Below, piece after piece: positions 17,445 through 28,824 of a DNA stretch of 64,000 nt. Within the stretch, counting starts at the first letter, position 1. The number at the start of each line of letters is the position of its first letter. Origin of the DNA: Candidatus Omnitrophota bacterium (GTDB lineage Bacteria; Omnitrophota; Gorgyraeia; Duberdicusellales; 4484-171); NCBI GenBank assembly GCA_021735655.1, contig JAIPGM010000006.1, positions 36,491 to 100,490 of the forward strand, written 5' to 3'. The translations under genes were made by a program, and so were the position numbers. The notes under the pieces were generated by a model. That model was not told the origin of the DNA, did not search any database, and saw only the letters and a list, made by a program, of their open reading frames with translations.

Positions 17445-17483
17445 CTCCCCAGACTCGCTTACACTATGCTTTCGATCTGTTTG

Positions 17484-17804
17484 TTATTTAATTCTACTGC
17501 CCGGCTCTACCTTTTTATCGCAAACAATAAGACTAGCATCATCTTTGCTTTGAGCAACGAGCACCATACCCTCAGAAGCGGCCCCACGGATAGTTTTTGG
17601 CTCTAGATTAACTAAAACCACTACTGATTTGCCGGCCAAATCTTCAACTGCGTAAAAAGGTTTTATACCAGCAACCAATGAAATGGTTTTTTCACCAATG
17701 TCCACGGTCAGCAAATAAAGTTTTTCGGCGTTCGGATGTAATTCAACCGTTAAAACTTTACCCACCCTTAAATCAAGCTTAGAAAAATCGTCAAAAGTTA
17801 CCAT
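17484..17804 (-). CDS. tRNA-binding protein (CsaA / Trbp111-like OB fold).
   Basis: DLRVGKVLTVELHPNAEKLYLLTVDIGE is a typical EMAP / tRNA-binding domain. Confidence 0.75.
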   Translation of the reverse strand: MVTFDDFSKLDLRVGKVLTVELHPNAEKLYLLTVDIGEKTISLVAGIKPFYAVEDLAGKSVVVLVNLEPKTIRGAASEGMVLVAQSKDDASLIVCDKKVEPGSRIK

Positions 17805-17897
17805 TATCTACCTCCATAAATTACAATAATTAAAAAACAGGTCTACCAATAAACAATGGGGCGATCTTAAAGGTAGGAAATATACAAATACACACTA

Positions 17898-18212
17898 TCA
17901 ACTCGCCAAAATAATATCTTTAAGTATTACCCAAAGAAGCGTGATGATAATCGCTGCGGTAACAATATAGAAATCGTTAAAATAAAAAAATTCTCTTACG
18001 GCTTCGGTGCGCCGATGCTTTTTCTCAGGAATGTTATACCTTTTCTTAATCGCTGGCGCCACCTTTAATACATCTTCCCTTTTAAACCTTAGAAATTCTC
18101 CCGCCACCTTAAAATGAGGTATAAGCCGAGAACTTGCTAATTCAATTACATCCTTCTCGGAAATCCCCAATACATGGGACACTTCCCTAGTACTAAGAAG
18201 CTTTTCTCTCAT
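17898..18212 (-). CDS. Excisionase/MerR-type HTH protein with a C-terminal TM anchor.
   Basis: LSTREVSHVLGISEKDVIELASSRLIPHFKVAGEFLRFKREDV is an HTH_17-like motif. The C-terminus is hydrophobic. Confidence 0.5.
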   Translation of the reverse strand: MREKLLSTREVSHVLGISEKDVIELASSRLIPHFKVAGEFLRFKREDVLKVAPAIKKRYNIPEKKHRRTEAVREFFYFNDFYIVTAAIIITLLWVILKDIILAS

Positions 18213-18246
18213 AGTTTAAACACCAATCAATCTTTTCTTTCTCAGG

Positions 18247-18744
18247 TTAAATTTTATGAGCTATCCAATCTTCCACTTGGTCCCGATCAAACAAAAATTT
18301 ATTCCCTTCTTTTTCTACTGGAATTTTACCGCCTTCAACCCATTCCATAATTTTTTTTTCGCCGACTGATAGATAATCAGAAAGTTCCTCTAAGGAAATC
18401 TTCCCTTCGTTCATCCTGCATTTACCATTAAACACAGCCCCTTTTTCAATAGTAATTTGAGAAACGTTAACGTCTCCAAAAACCTTAGCAGTTGAAGTTA
18501 ATCTTATGCCTTCGGTTGCTTTAATATTACCCTTAACTGTTCCGGCAACAATTACTTCTTCTCCAGAAATATCTGCTTTTACATCTGCGCTTGAACCAAT
18601 AGTTAAGCTCCCCTTGGTGGTCAAGCTACCTTCAAACCTGCCATTTATTCTCAAATTCACGGGGTCAGAAAAAACTAAGCTTCCTTGCATGGCAGCATTC
18701 ACATCAAGGATTTTGTCTTCGCCTCTTCGTTTACTCATCTTCAC
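18247..18744 (-). CDS. Bactofilin with a C-terminal excisionase-type HTH.
   Basis: The beta-helical bactofilin core has repeated G-x-V/I-x-G strands. The C-terminus LSDYLSVGEKKIMEWVEGGKIPVEKEGNKFLFDRDQVEDWI is an HTH_17-like motif. Confidence 0.65.
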   Translation of the reverse strand: MKMSKRRGEDKILDVNAAMQGSLVFSDPVNLRINGRFEGSLTTKGSLTIGSSADVKADISGEEVIVAGTVKGNIKATEGIRLTSTAKVFGDVNVSQITIEKGAVFNGKCRMNEGKISLEELSDYLSVGEKKIMEWVEGGKIPVEKEGNKFLFDRDQVEDWIAHKI

Positions 18745-18783
18745 ACCCCCTGTTAAAATATTCCTATTATATATATTAAATAT

Positions 18784-19200
18784 TTAATTTTCAAGTTTCT
18801 TCAAAAAAGAAAGCGACAAGTAAGATATAAGCGTCGCCATAAGGGCCGCGCTTATATAACCACAACCAACAGCCAAGCCGATAGCTGAACTTATCCAGAT
18901 ACTAGCAGCAGTAGTTAAACCCTTAACCCCTTCGCGGCTACGGATAATCGTTCCAGCGCCTAAAAACCCGATACCAGTAACTACTCCGGCAGCAATTCGG
19001 CCAGGATCTATCGCCGTCTGGCCCTGATATATCTCAAAAATGTGAAGCGAAACCAACATTATCAATGTTGACCCGGTACAAACTAAAATATGAGTACGAA
19101 GACCGGCAGAACTAGCTTTTTTTTCACGCTCAAAACCAATGATACTCCCCAAACAAAAGGCAATCAGCAGTCGAAAAATAGTATCAAATAGATTTAACAT
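18784..19200 (-). CDS. MgtC/SapB family membrane protein.
   Basis: LIAFCLGSIIGFEREKKASSAGLRTHILVC signature. Confidence 0.75.
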   Translation of the reverse strand: MLNLFDTIFRLLIAFCLGSIIGFEREKKASSAGLRTHILVCTGSTLIMLVSLHIFEIYQGQTAIDPGRIAAGVVTGIGFLGAGTIIRSREGVKGLTTAASIWISSAIGLAVGCGYISAALMATLISYLSLSFLKKLEN

Positions 19201-19201
19201 T

Positions 19202-20191
19202 TCAATTAGGTTTAGCCTCTAAAGCAATATTACTCTCTTTACCTATTTTATTATACAAGTAAAACCCTAATCCTGCAACCATTGCCGCATTGTCTCCCGT
19301 ATACTCTTTAGAAGCAATAAAAACCTTAAGCCCTCGGTCCTGGTAGTCTTTTAGGCGCCTACGTAAATAACTATTCGCTGTAACCCCACCCCCACAAACT
19401 ATAGTTTTAACTTTTAGTTTATCCACCGCCTCTTCGGTTGCTGCGATAATAGCTTCTAAAGCTGCATATTGGAATGAAGAAAGAAGTCTTTTTTTCATCT
19501 TCGCATCAAAAACACCTTTTTTCTCCATCTCGATTTTCTTGTAAATTAAAGCCGTTTTTATGCCACTAAAGCTTAAATCTAAACCACTGCGACCGCAGTT
19601 AAACTTAAAATCGGACCTTTGGTCGTAGTTAAACAACCTATCAATCAGTGGGCCTCCAGGATATCCCAATCCATAAGCTTTAGCTACCTTGTCAAACACC
19701 TCACCACAAGCATCGTCGCGGGTTGAACCGACCAAATTAACTCGATCGAAATCATCGACTCGGTAAAATTCAGTATGCCCCCCGGAAACTACCAACCCTA
19801 AAAAAGGAAAAGGAATTCTTTTATGATAATCTAAAAAAGGAGAAAAAATGTGAGCTTGTAGATGATTAACGCCAATAAAAGGTTTTTTCAGCGCCAGAGA
19901 AAGGGCCTTAGCAAAATTAAGCCCAACGACCAAACTTCCGATTAACCCGGGGCACTGGGTTACTGCAATTAAATTTATTTTCTTTAAAGGAACCTTGGCT
20001 TTTATTGTAGCTAGCTCAACAACCCGGTCAATACTAACTAGGTGTGCCCGGGTAGCAATTTCTGGAACTACCCCACCATACTTTTTATGCTCGCTTAGAG
20101 AAGAAAGAGTAACGTTAGAAAGAACCTTGTTATTTTTTAAAATTGCACAAGAAGTCTCATCACAAGATGTTTCTATACCAAGAGTGTACAT
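19202..20191 (-). CDS. tsaD: tRNA N6-adenosine threonylcarbamoyltransferase TsaD.
   Basis: MYTLGIETSCDETSCAIL N-terminus, VSGGHTE and Kae1/Gcp family motifs. Confidence 0.9.
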   Translation of the reverse strand: MYTLGIETSCDETSCAILKNNKVLSNVTLSSLSEHKKYGGVVPEIATRAHLVSIDRVVELATIKAKVPLKKINLIAVTQCPGLIGSLVVGLNFAKALSLALKKPFIGVNHLQAHIFSPFLDYHKRIPFPFLGLVVSGGHTEFYRVDDFDRVNLVGSTRDDACGEVFDKVAKAYGLGYPGGPLIDRLFNYDQRSDFKFNCGRSGLDLSFSGIKTALIYKKIEMEKKGVFDAKMKKRLLSSFQYAALEAIIAATEEAVDKLKVKTIVCGGGVTANSYLRRRLKDYQDRGLKVFIASKEYTGDNAAMVAGLGFYLYNKIGKESNIALEAKPN

Positions 20192-20209
20192 AAATAAAAT
20201 TAACTATAT

Positions 20210-21424
20210 TTATTCACTGCCTTTCAAAACTAAAATGCCTTTAAGCAAATCAACTGCTCTTACTATCTGATAATCTTTCTTATAATCAAAGTCATCTTCT
20301 TTGAGCTTCTTAAAAACATCTTCCTTGTTTTCTTTACTCTCATCAGGGACTACCACGATGTCTGGATTGACTCCCTTTTCATGAATACTTATTCCATCAG
20401 GAGTATAATATTTAGATGTGGTTAGCCTCAGAGCCGATCCATCAGAAAGAGGAATTATCGTCTGGACTGAACCCTTACCAAAGGTAGTTTCACCAAGAAG
20501 TATTGCTCGATTGTTTTCCCTAAGGGCTGCAGCAACAATTTCGCTTCCCGAAGCGCTTCCCTTGTTAATCAACACCACTATCGGAATATCTAAATATTTC
20601 TTCTGAAAAGGAAGAGACTTGTAAATACTTTCGTCTTGATCGCGAGTTTTAGTTGAAACCACCACCTTGCCGTCTTCAAGAAATCTACTTGATACATCGA
20701 TCGCTGAAGTCAACAACCCCCCAGGATTATTACGTACATCAAGGATAAAGGCTTTCAGATTATTTTCTTGCAGTTTTTCTAAAGCTTTTCCTAAATCTTT
20801 AGCTGTAGTCTCACGAAACTCAGAAATTCTGGCATAACCAATACCATCATCCAAAATTACCGCTCGCTTAATATCTTTTATCTTAATAATGCCACGAGTA
20901 ATCGTAACTTCTTCAAGTTTTCTAGTAACTTCTCGTAAAATTGTTATAGTAACATCAGTACCGGGTTTACCACGAAGCTTCTTAACCGCTTCATTGAGAG
21001 TAATTCCTTTAGTTAACTCACCTTCTATTTTAATAATTATATCACCAGGCTTAACTCCTGCTTCCCAGGCCGGGGTATCTTCAATCGGGGAAACTATTGT
21101 CAATAGTCCATCACGAATGGTGATTTCAATCCCCAACCCGCCGAATTTGCCTTCAGTCTCAATAAGAAGATTTTTATAATCTTCAGGAGTTAAAAATTGG
21201 CTATAGGAATCCAAGGAAAAAAGCATGCCACGCATCGCCCCATAAATTAAATCCTCGGCTGACTTATCTTCTACATATTTTTCTTCAATAACCGCTAAAC
21301 CTTCGGAGAATATCTCTAACTCCTTATAAACATCCTCTCTATCTTTTCCAAAAGAAAACCCCATCGTATAGGAAATCAATACCACTGCTACAGCCATTGC
21401 AAAGATAATAACTCTTTTTCTCAT
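20210..21424 (-). CDS. S41 carboxyl-terminal processing protease.
   Basis: PDZ domain plus GSASGSEIVAAAL with catalytic Ser and a downstream Lys. Confidence 0.85.
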   Translation of the reverse strand: MRKRVIIFAMAVAVVLISYTMGFSFGKDREDVYKELEIFSEGLAVIEEKYVEDKSAEDLIYGAMRGMLFSLDSYSQFLTPEDYKNLLIETEGKFGGLGIEITIRDGLLTIVSPIEDTPAWEAGVKPGDIIIKIEGELTKGITLNEAVKKLRGKPGTDVTITILREVTRKLEEVTITRGIIKIKDIKRAVILDDGIGYARISEFRETTAKDLGKALEKLQENNLKAFILDVRNNPGGLLTSAIDVSSRFLEDGKVVVSTKTRDQDESIYKSLPFQKKYLDIPIVVLINKGSASGSEIVAAALRENNRAILLGETTFGKGSVQTIIPLSDGSALRLTTSKYYTPDGISIHEKGVNPDIVVVPDESKENKEDVFKKLKEDDFDYKKDYQIVRAVDLLKGILVLKGSE

Positions 21425-22839
21425 CTAGATAACCTCCTTTCTAACATTTCCCGGGCTACTTTAGGATTAGCCTTACCTTTAGTTTTTTTCATAACCTGCC
21501 CGACTAAAAACTGTATTGCCTGCTGTTTGCCGGCTAAATACTCATCGACAACTTTTTGGTTTTCAACAACAGTCTCTTCGATATACTTATCTAGCTCAGC
21601 ACTATCAGAAACCTGAACCAGCTGCTCACTATTTATAATTTCATCAACATCCCTGTCAGTGGCAATGCTCAAAGAAAGTGCTTTTTTAGCAGCTAAGTTA
21701 TTCATCTTGCCCTCTGAAAAGTATCTTATAATTTTAGCAAAATTAGCTGCCGATATCAAAACTTCATTAAAACCGTCCTTTAAACTATTCACCTGCTCTA
21801 GAAACGGGCCAAGCAGCCAATTAAAAACCTCCCGGCTCTCAGGGTATATCTTCACGGTGTCCTCAAAAAGATCAGCAAGCTTAGCTTGATTAATTATTAT
21901 ATCAACTTCTTTCTCTTCTAAAGAATAATCTTTTAAGAATCTTTTTCGCTTAGCTAAAGGTAACTCCCCCAAAGCTAACTGCTGATTTTTAATTAGGTCT
22001 TTAGCTACCGAAAAATCTAGCAAGTCTGGTTCGGGAAAATAACGATAGTCGTGAGCTTGCTCTTTGCTGCGCATAACTATAGTTTTCAACTTTAATTCAT
22101 CCCAAAGCCTAGTTTCCTGAATCACCTTCTCTCCCTTAACCAAGGCCGCTGCCTGCCGCTTAACTTCATATTCTAGGCCCGCCTTAACCCCCTTAAAACT
22201 ATTCATATTCTTAAGCTCAACTTTTACCCCTAATTTTTTATCGCCTTTCTTTCTAAGTGAAATATTAGCATCACAGCGCAAAGACCCTTTTTCCATATCA
22301 CAGTCAGAAACGCCGATATACTGAAGCATTAGCTTTAAATGGCTCAGGTATTCAAAAGCCTCATCTGGGCCACTGATGTCCGGCTCAGAAACTATCTCTA
22401 ACAAAGGTGTTCCAGTACGATTGAAATCCACCAAAGAGTGATCTTGCTTATGAATCAGCTTCCCTGCATCCTCTTCAAGATGCACTCGGTTAACTCTTAT
22501 TTTTCTACCCGAAATTAATTCCAAAGAACCCGCCTCACCAAGTGGCATCTTATACTGAGAAATTTGATAGTCTTTCGGCAAATCAGGATAAAAATAATTC
22601 TTGCGCTCAAAGTATATACTTGAGTTAACCTTACAATCTAAGGCACAGCATACCCTTACTGCCAACTCTAAGGCCTTCTGGTTAAATACCGGAAGCACTC
22701 CTGGATAACCGCAACAAACCGGGCAAATATTACTATTAGCCGGACTTTCAAAATTAGTAGAACAGCTACAAAAAATCTTTGACTCTGTTTTAAGCTGGGT
22801 ATGAACTTCTAAGCCAATTACTGTTTCTAAATCACCCAT
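21421..22839 (-). CDS. gatB: Asp/Glu-tRNA amidotransferase subunit B.
   Basis: GLEVHTQL... N-terminus and C-terminal GatB/YqeY domain. Lies in a gatC-gatA-gatB run. Confidence 0.9.
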   Translation of the reverse strand: MGDLETVIGLEVHTQLKTESKIFCSCSTNFESPANSNICPVCCGYPGVLPVFNQKALELAVRVCCALDCKVNSSIYFERKNYFYPDLPKDYQISQYKMPLGEAGSLELISGRKIRVNRVHLEEDAGKLIHKQDHSLVDFNRTGTPLLEIVSEPDISGPDEAFEYLSHLKLMLQYIGVSDCDMEKGSLRCDANISLRKKGDKKLGVKVELKNMNSFKGVKAGLEYEVKRQAAALVKGEKVIQETRLWDELKLKTIVMRSKEQAHDYRYFPEPDLLDFSVAKDLIKNQQLALGELPLAKRKRFLKDYSLEEKEVDIIINQAKLADLFEDTVKIYPESREVFNWLLGPFLEQVNSLKDGFNEVLISAANFAKIIRYFSEGKMNNLAAKKALSLSIATDRDVDEIINSEQLVQVSDSAELDKYIEETVVENQKVVDEYLAGKQQAIQFLVGQVMKKTKGKANPKVAREMLERRLSR

Positions 22840-22869
22840 GTTAGTTTTAGCCCTCTATACTATCTAAAA

Positions 22870-24240
22870 TTAGCAAACCGGAATCTTTTTATGAAAATCG
22901 GTTAAACTCTCAAAAGCAGAACCGAGTTTAAGTAAAGTTACCTCATCAAAAGCCTTGCCAACCAGCTGAGCTCCGATCGGTAAATCTTTTTTATCAAAGC
23001 CACAAGGAAAAGATACCGCAGGTATGCCAGCAAGGTTCGCTGGTATAGTGTATATGTCAGATAAATACATACTCAAAGGATCACTTGCTCTTTCGCCAAG
23101 TTTAAAGGCGGTAGTCGGAGAAGTCGGAGTCAAAATAGCATCGACCTCGGAAAAAACCTTATCAAAATCATCCTTAATCAATCTTCTCACCTTCAAGGCT
23201 TTCAGATAGTAAGCATCATAATATCCGCTAGAAAGACTATGGGTTCCTAAAAGTATTCTTCTTTTTGCCTCAGGCCCAAACCCAGCCTCTCTGGTTTTCA
23301 AATAAAGATCAATTAGGCTCTTAGACTGCTTGCGTAAGCCATATCTTATGCCGTCAAACCGCTGCAGATTAGAGCTCGCTTCAGAAGAAGAAATAATATA
23401 GTAAGTTGCGACTGCATAATCAGTATGAGGAAGACTAATTTCCTTAAAAATAACACCTTGCTTCTTGAAGTTAGAAATTACATCATCAATCGCTGCTTTT
23501 ACTTCTTGGTTTAAACCTTTGCCAAAGTATTCTTTTGGTAAACCAACCTTTATTGCTTTAATTCCACCTTTAAGGCCTTCGCTAAAATCACAAAAATCTA
23601 ATTTTGCTGAGGTAGAATCTTTCCGGTCATGACCGCAAATTATATTAAGCAGCTGGGCACAATCTGAAAAGTTAGTGGTTATCGGACCGATTTGATCAAG
23701 GCTTGAACCAAAAGCAATTAACCCATAGCGGGAAACTCTCCCATAAGTCGGCTTAAAACCAATAACTCCGCAAAACGATGCCGGTTGCCTGATTGAACCC
23801 CCGGTATCAGAACCTAATGCAAAAGGGACTAACCTTGCAGCTACTGCTGCGCAGGATCCGCCGCTAGAACCGCCAGGAACTCTTTGAGTGTCCCAAGGAT
23901 TTCTAGTTGGGCCATAGCAGGAATTTTCAGTAGACGAACCAAAAGCAAACTCATCAAGATTGGTTGTACCGACGATGGATAAGCCTGCGTTTTTAAGCTT
24001 TTCAATCACGGTTGCATCATAGACAGCCCGATGTGAAGATAAAATCTTCGAAGCGCAAGTAATTATCTTATCCTGAATACAAATATTATCTTTAATCGCA
24101 ATCGACATTCCGGCCAATTGCGAACTTCCGCTTCCGGCTACAGGCTTATCATAAATCTCAACAAAACTATTTAGAAACTTATCCTTCTTCTTGGCTCTTT
24201 GAGCAATTTCAGAAGCAATAAGTTTACTTAAATCTTCCAT
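22870..24240 (-). CDS. gatA: Glutamyl-tRNA(Gln) amidotransferase subunit A (amidase signature).
   Basis: [13 protein letters not shown] amidase signature. Confidence 0.9.
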   Translation of the reverse strand: MEDLSKLIASEIAQRAKKKDKFLNSFVEIYDKPVAGSGSSQLAGMSIAIKDNICIQDKIITCASKILSSHRAVYDATVIEKLKNAGLSIVGTTNLDEFAFGSSTENSCYGPTRNPWDTQRVPGGSSGGSCAAVAARLVPFALGSDTGGSIRQPASFCGVIGFKPTYGRVSRYGLIAFGSSLDQIGPITTNFSDCAQLLNIICGHDRKDSTSAKLDFCDFSEGLKGGIKAIKVGLPKEYFGKGLNQEVKAAIDDVISNFKKQGVIFKEISLPHTDYAVATYYIISSSEASSNLQRFDGIRYGLRKQSKSLIDLYLKTREAGFGPEAKRRILLGTHSLSSGYYDAYYLKALKVRRLIKDDFDKVFSEVDAILTPTSPTTAFKLGERASDPLSMYLSDIYTIPANLAGIPAVSFPCGFDKKDLPIGAQLVGKAFDEVTLLKLGSAFESLTDFHKKIPVC

Positions 24241-24531
24241 TTATTCAATTACCTTTGGAATTTTGAAATAATCTCCCTCCCTAGAGGGTGAGTTGTTTAA
24301 GATTCTATCCCGATGATCTGAGGGCCTGGCTTCATCTTTACGCAAAACACCTTGAGCCTGGTGTAAATTGCGCATCGGCTTAATTGACTCAGTGTCTAGC
24401 TCTTTTAACTTATCAATGTAATCAAAAATTTTAGAAAGTTGAGCGATAAGCGACTTTTTCTCTTCTTCAGCTAAATTAATTCTGGCTAAATTAGCCACAT
24501 ACTCAACAGTTTTTTTATCTACTTTACTCAT
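24241..24531 (-). CDS. gatC: Asp/Glu-tRNA amidotransferase subunit C.
   Basis: 96 aa. VEYVANLARINL is a GatC-like N-terminus. Immediately upstream of gatA. Confidence 0.8.
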   Translation of the reverse strand: MSKVDKKTVEYVANLARINLAEEEKKSLIAQLSKIFDYIDKLKELDTESIKPMRNLHQAQGVLRKDEARPSDHRDRILNNSPSREGDYFKIPKVIE

Positions 24532-24533
24532 TT

Positions 24534-26078
24534 TTAAGAAGATTTAAATTTACCGCGAAAAAGAGTAAGCTCTAAAAATGTCTGAAGCCGTCGCGAACGG
24601 CTAGGGTGACGTAGTTTCTTTAAAGCTTTGGCTTCAATTTGACGAATTCGCTCTCGAGTAACCTTAAAAATAGTTCCCACTTCTTCTAACGTCTTTGGGC
24701 TTCCATCCTCTAAACCAAACCTTAAAGTAAGAATGTTCTTCTCCCGATCAGTCAGGCTTTCCATGGCTTGTTCTAATTCCTCCTTAAGCATAGAGAAAAC
24801 CGTAGCATTAGCCGGGGATACGGCTTTTTTATCTTCAATAAAATCACCGAAAGAAGTATCGCCATCATCGCCAATCGGAGTATGGATTGATATCGGCTGT
24901 TGTGAAACTTTGATAATATCTTTTATCTTAGAAACCGGAAGTTTTAGTTCCTTTGACAGTTCATCGGGAGTAGGCTCGCGTCCTTTTTCTTGAATGAAAA
25001 GACGCGATATACGGATAATTTTGTTGATCGTCTCAGTCATGTGTACCGGTATTCTAATCGTTCTAGCTTGGTCAGCGATTGCTCGAGTTATTGCTTGTCG
25101 TATCCACCAGGTAGCATAAGTAGAAAATTTATATCCCCGTTTATATTCAAACTTCTCTACCGCTTTGATTAAACCAATATTACCCTCTTGAATCAAATCT
25201 AAAAAGGATAAGCCTCGATTTACATATTTTTTAGCAATACTCACTACCAACCTTAAGTTAGCCTCAACTAAAGTTCGCTTAGCCTGATTGTATAGCTTAG
25301 TCCTATCATTGATCATTCTCATCCGATCCCTAAGCTGACTTTCGGGAAAACCTAACTGTCTCATTGTCTTACCTTTCTGCCGGATGAGACTACGGCGCAA
25401 GGTTTGGTTAGCCTGGCTCCTACCTTTGACTTTTTCAAGCTTTCTTTTTAGCTTATCGACCTCTTTGGCTAAAAACTTGGTTCTAGTGATTATTCGCTCA
25501 ATAATACTAATAGTAAAATTAAAAGCCTGTAAAATTTTCCTCTGACTTTCAATTTTCTTTATTCTCGCCAGCTTCCCATATAAAGACTTCAACCGATTAA
25601 TTTCTTTTTCTTTATTCTTAATTTCTCCTTTAACAAAATCATCAGCGTTTAGCTCTTCTTTAATAATTCTTCTAGTAATACTTAAAAACATATCTCGGGA
25701 TATGCCGGTTGAAAAAACCTCTTTTCTCAAGAGCTCTTCGGCGTCTTCAATTTTTTTAGCTAAACTGATTTCCTCTTCCCGAGTAAGCAAAGGAATCTGC
25801 CCCATCTGTTTTAAATACATCTTAACCGGGTCATCAATCGGTTGAGTCGTGGCCGTACTCTGCTTTTTCTTTATCTTCTCCCATTCAGAAACTTCCTTTG
25901 TTTCCAATACGCTTATGTCTTTTGAATTGAGACGCTCAAAAATGGCATCCAAATCTTTAGCGCTGGATATTTCTTCGGAAAGAAAGTGATTTATCTCATC
26001 ATAAGTAAGATAGCCTTTCTTTTTTCCTAAATCGACCAACTGACCGATGCTTCTCTCTAAAAGTTTCTTTTTAACCAT
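24534..26078 (-). CDS. rpoD: RNA polymerase primary sigma factor (sigma-70).
   Basis: Regions 1.2 to 4 are present, including [20 protein letters not shown] and TLEEVG...[19 protein letters not shown]. Confidence 0.9.
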   Translation of the reverse strand: MVKKKLLERSIGQLVDLGKKKGYLTYDEINHFLSEEISSAKDLDAIFERLNSKDISVLETKEVSEWEKIKKKQSTATTQPIDDPVKMYLKQMGQIPLLTREEEISLAKKIEDAEELLRKEVFSTGISRDMFLSITRRIIKEELNADDFVKGEIKNKEKEINRLKSLYGKLARIKKIESQRKILQAFNFTISIIERIITRTKFLAKEVDKLKRKLEKVKGRSQANQTLRRSLIRQKGKTMRQLGFPESQLRDRMRMINDRTKLYNQAKRTLVEANLRLVVSIAKKYVNRGLSFLDLIQEGNIGLIKAVEKFEYKRGYKFSTYATWWIRQAITRAIADQARTIRIPVHMTETINKIIRISRLFIQEKGREPTPDELSKELKLPVSKIKDIIKVSQQPISIHTPIGDDGDTSFGDFIEDKKAVSPANATVFSMLKEELEQAMESLTDREKNILTLRFGLEDGSPKTLEEVGTIFKVTRERIRQIEAKALKKLRHPSRSRRLQTFLELTLFRGKFKSS

Positions 26079-27840
26079 TTTTTACCTCTCTACTATTTAC
26101 TTTTTCAAATTCTGTAATTAATATTTTTACTTTCTTTGTATCGCCCTTTGCTTCGGCATCACGTATTTTTTCACGAAGCTCACTCTTAAACTGAATTATT
26201 CCTTTTTTCTTTAACTTAAGCAAACTCTCCTTAAAGGTATTTTTATCCATCGGTATATCGTCATCAATAAGAATTTTAGAAATAAAGCTACTAATTTCCT
26301 TGTCGTTAATCGTACCCAAAAACTTTGGCCCGGATACCCCAGCTTCAATCGAATTGTTTAAAAATAAAGAAATTGCTTTACGGGAAATCGGTGAACTGAA
26401 ATATTCCTGTTTTAAGTTCTTTTTAACCAAAGGAAAAGTTTTTGGATTAGTAAGAAGAAACTTAAAAATTACCTTCTCGGTAACTGGCAAGAGTTCGTTT
26501 TTATTTAGTCCGGCTGACTGGTTTCCCCCAGGGGCAGAAAATTTGTTTCGCCGAGTATTATTGACTGGGCTCTTCTTTTGAAACTCAGCAATCATGATCT
26601 CTTCTTTAACTGAAAGTGCGCCGGCTAACTTTCTTATGTATTCATACTTTTTTATTTGCGAAGGCAGTTTATCTATCGTCTCAAGCATCTCTTTAGCAAT
26701 CTTAGTTTTACCGTCTATGCTATCCTTGTCATAAATATTGCTAAGGACATCTACCTTGTAATCAAAAAAATCACGAGCCTGCTTTAAAAAGGTCAAAAAA
26801 TCAGCCCGATCTTTATTTCTAAAAAAAGAGTCCGGATCGCTGCCTGACGGCAATTGCATAATCTCAACCTCTAGTCCTTGCTCAAGAAGCAAGTCCAAAG
26901 AACGCAGAGTAGCATTCTGCCCGGCCTTGTCAGAATCATAAACCATGACCACTCGCTGGGCATAACGCTTAATCAAACGGATCTGCTCTTCGGTAAGAGC
27001 GGTGCCTAATGAGGCAACCACATTGCTTATTCCACGCATAAAGGGCGTAATCATATCTAAATACCCTTCAACCACAATAGCGGTCTGTTGATTTGAAATC
27101 TCATCTTTTGCCAAATATAAACCATAAAGATGGTTTCTTTTGCTATAAAGAACATTTTCTAAAGAATTGATATATTTCGGAGCCTGCGTATCTTTTGTAT
27201 GTATCCGAGCACCAAAGCCAACCACCCGCGAACGAATATCCAAAATAGGAAAGGTGATTCGATTACGAAATACATCACAAAAACCGCCACCCCTTGATGT
27301 AATTAACGAACATTTCTCTAAAATTTCAAGGGTAAAACTTTTCGTCCGCATATAGCTCATCAACCCATTATTGCCCGGAGCATAACCCAGCTGAAACTTC
27401 TTAATCGTCTCTGGGCCAACACCTCGCTCAGCTAAGTAATCCCGCACTCCTTGTAATTTTTTATCATTTTTCAAATTATTATGAAAAAATAAAGTAGCTA
27501 CGCTCATTGCTTCATAAAGCGCAGTCTTTGTCTTAGCATTTTTATCTTGCTGATAAGGAATATCCAAGCCTAGACGCTTAGCTAACAACTCTACCGCTTC
27601 AGGAAAGCTTATTTTCTCGATCAAAGTAATAAATTGGAACACACCTCCGCCTTCGCCGCAGCCAAAACAATGGAAAATCTGCTTCTGAGGACTAACAATG
27701 AAAGATGGTGTTTTCTCCCCATGAAAAGGACAAAGCCCTTTAAAGTTTCGGCCAGCTTTCTTGAGCGGTAGGTAACTGGCGATAACCTCTGCTATGTCTG
27801 TCCGAGATTGGACCTCATCTATAAATTGTTGTGGGATCAT
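26071..27840 (-). CDS. dnaG: DNA primase.
   Basis: [11 protein letters not shown] zinc ribbon, TOPRIM EGYLD, and it overlaps rpoD in the conserved dnaG-rpoD order. Confidence 0.9.
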   Translation of the reverse strand: MIPQQFIDEVQSRTDIAEVIASYLPLKKAGRNFKGLCPFHGEKTPSFIVSPQKQIFHCFGCGEGGGVFQFITLIEKISFPEAVELLAKRLGLDIPYQQDKNAKTKTALYEAMSVATLFFHNNLKNDKKLQGVRDYLAERGVGPETIKKFQLGYAPGNNGLMSYMRTKSFTLEILEKCSLITSRGGGFCDVFRNRITFPILDIRSRVVGFGARIHTKDTQAPKYINSLENVLYSKRNHLYGLYLAKDEISNQQTAIVVEGYLDMITPFMRGISNVVASLGTALTEEQIRLIKRYAQRVVMVYDSDKAGQNATLRSLDLLLEQGLEVEIMQLPSGSDPDSFFRNKDRADFLTFLKQARDFFDYKVDVLSNIYDKDSIDGKTKIAKEMLETIDKLPSQIKKYEYIRKLAGALSVKEEIMIAEFQKKSPVNNTRRNKFSAPGGNQSAGLNKNELLPVTEKVIFKFLLTNPKTFPLVKKNLKQEYFSSPISRKAISLFLNNSIEAGVSGPKFLGTINDKEISSFISKILIDDDIPMDKNTFKESLLKLKKKGIIQFKSELREKIRDAEAKGDTKKVKILITEFEKVNSREVKNG

Positions 27841-27864
27841 CCTTTGGAATTAAATTCGTAGTTG

Positions 27865-28824
27865 CTACTTTTTTCGCTTGATCCGCCTGAAGCCAGAGAA
27901 TTCGTAAATATTAAACTTCTCTTTTTGTTCTAAATAATCAAGCATGATATTAACCCCTAAGTTGTCTGAAGCGATATGCGAAGCAAAAATTACATTTATA
28001 TTAGACTCTTTACACTTTTTAAAATGCTCCTCAGACTGATGCATGGCAATAATAGTATCTACGCCTTTAGCTGCTAGCTCCTTATAAATTTCCTGGGGGC
28101 CTTCGGTTCCACCGGTAAACTCAAGATGAATATTGTTACAACGAGAGCTCCGACTGCCAACCACTATTTTAGGAGGATTATTATTTTTTGCAGCATCAAT
28201 ATATTCACCAATGGTAAAAAGCGAATCGACAACTTGCCCTAAGGTTGATGGCTTGGTCTTCTTAAACATCCTTTCAAGATACTGGTAGGCACAATTATCG
28301 CAAGGAGTATGCATGCATAAAAAATTAATCTCAAGCAAACGAGCTGCGTCAACGGCTCTTGAATGGTTAGCTGCGCTTACCCGCCTGGCAACCTGCTGTT
28401 TCCGACTATTTAAAAGGTTTTCAGAAACACTCAAAGACACACCCTCTTTAACAAAAACATCAACCTGTAAATCCATAACGTCATAAAACTGAGCATAGGC
28501 AAATCCCTGAGGATGATGTGATATTACCAAATCTATTTTTTTACCCTTCTGCTTTAACCGATCAACCAGCAATAACTCGGCGCCATCGACATCAATGCCA
28601 ACAATCATTGATTTTACATTCTTGTCTATGTCTCCGCAAAGAATGCGACTATCGGCAAAAGGATTAAATAAAGAATCCTTATCGAAATAATCCTTTTTTG
28701 CTTTGTCCAATGCCTCAAGTTTTTTTCGATTATTCTTAAGCAAAGCCTCTATTTCCTGAGGTTTACGGACATCTTCTTGTATTCCCTTTTTTACGATTTC
28801 CCGATAGAGAGTTTTTAACTTCAT
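27865..28824 (-). CDS. NIF3-like (DUF34) dinuclear-metal protein. This call is tentative.
   Basis: LVISHHPQGF is a HHP-type motif. Genomic linkage to dnaG-rpoD resembles the Bacillus yqfO context. Confidence 0.35.
   Translation of the reverse strand: MKLKTLYREIVKKGIQEDVRKPQEIEALLKNNRKKLEALDKAKKDYFDKDSLFNPFADSRILCGDIDKNVKSMIVGIDVDGAELLLVDRLKQKGKKIDLVISHHPQGFAYAQFYDVMDLQVDVFVKEGVSLSVSENLLNSRKQQVARRVSAANHSRAVDAARLLEINFLCMHTPCDNCAYQYLERMFKKTKPSTLGQVVDSLFTIGEYIDAAKNNNPPKIVVGSRSSRCNNIHLEFTGGTEGPQEIYKELAAKGVDTIIAMHQSEEHFKKCKESNINVIFASHIASDNLGVNIMLDYLEQKEKFNIYEFSGFRRIKRKK

Noticed and set aside
19995-21179. Several plus-strand ORFs of 60-96 aa inside tsaD, the S41 protease, gatB, rpoD, dnaG and V-ATPase genes.
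   Set aside because: All are antisense to strongly supported conserved genes and lack ribosome-binding sites or motifs.
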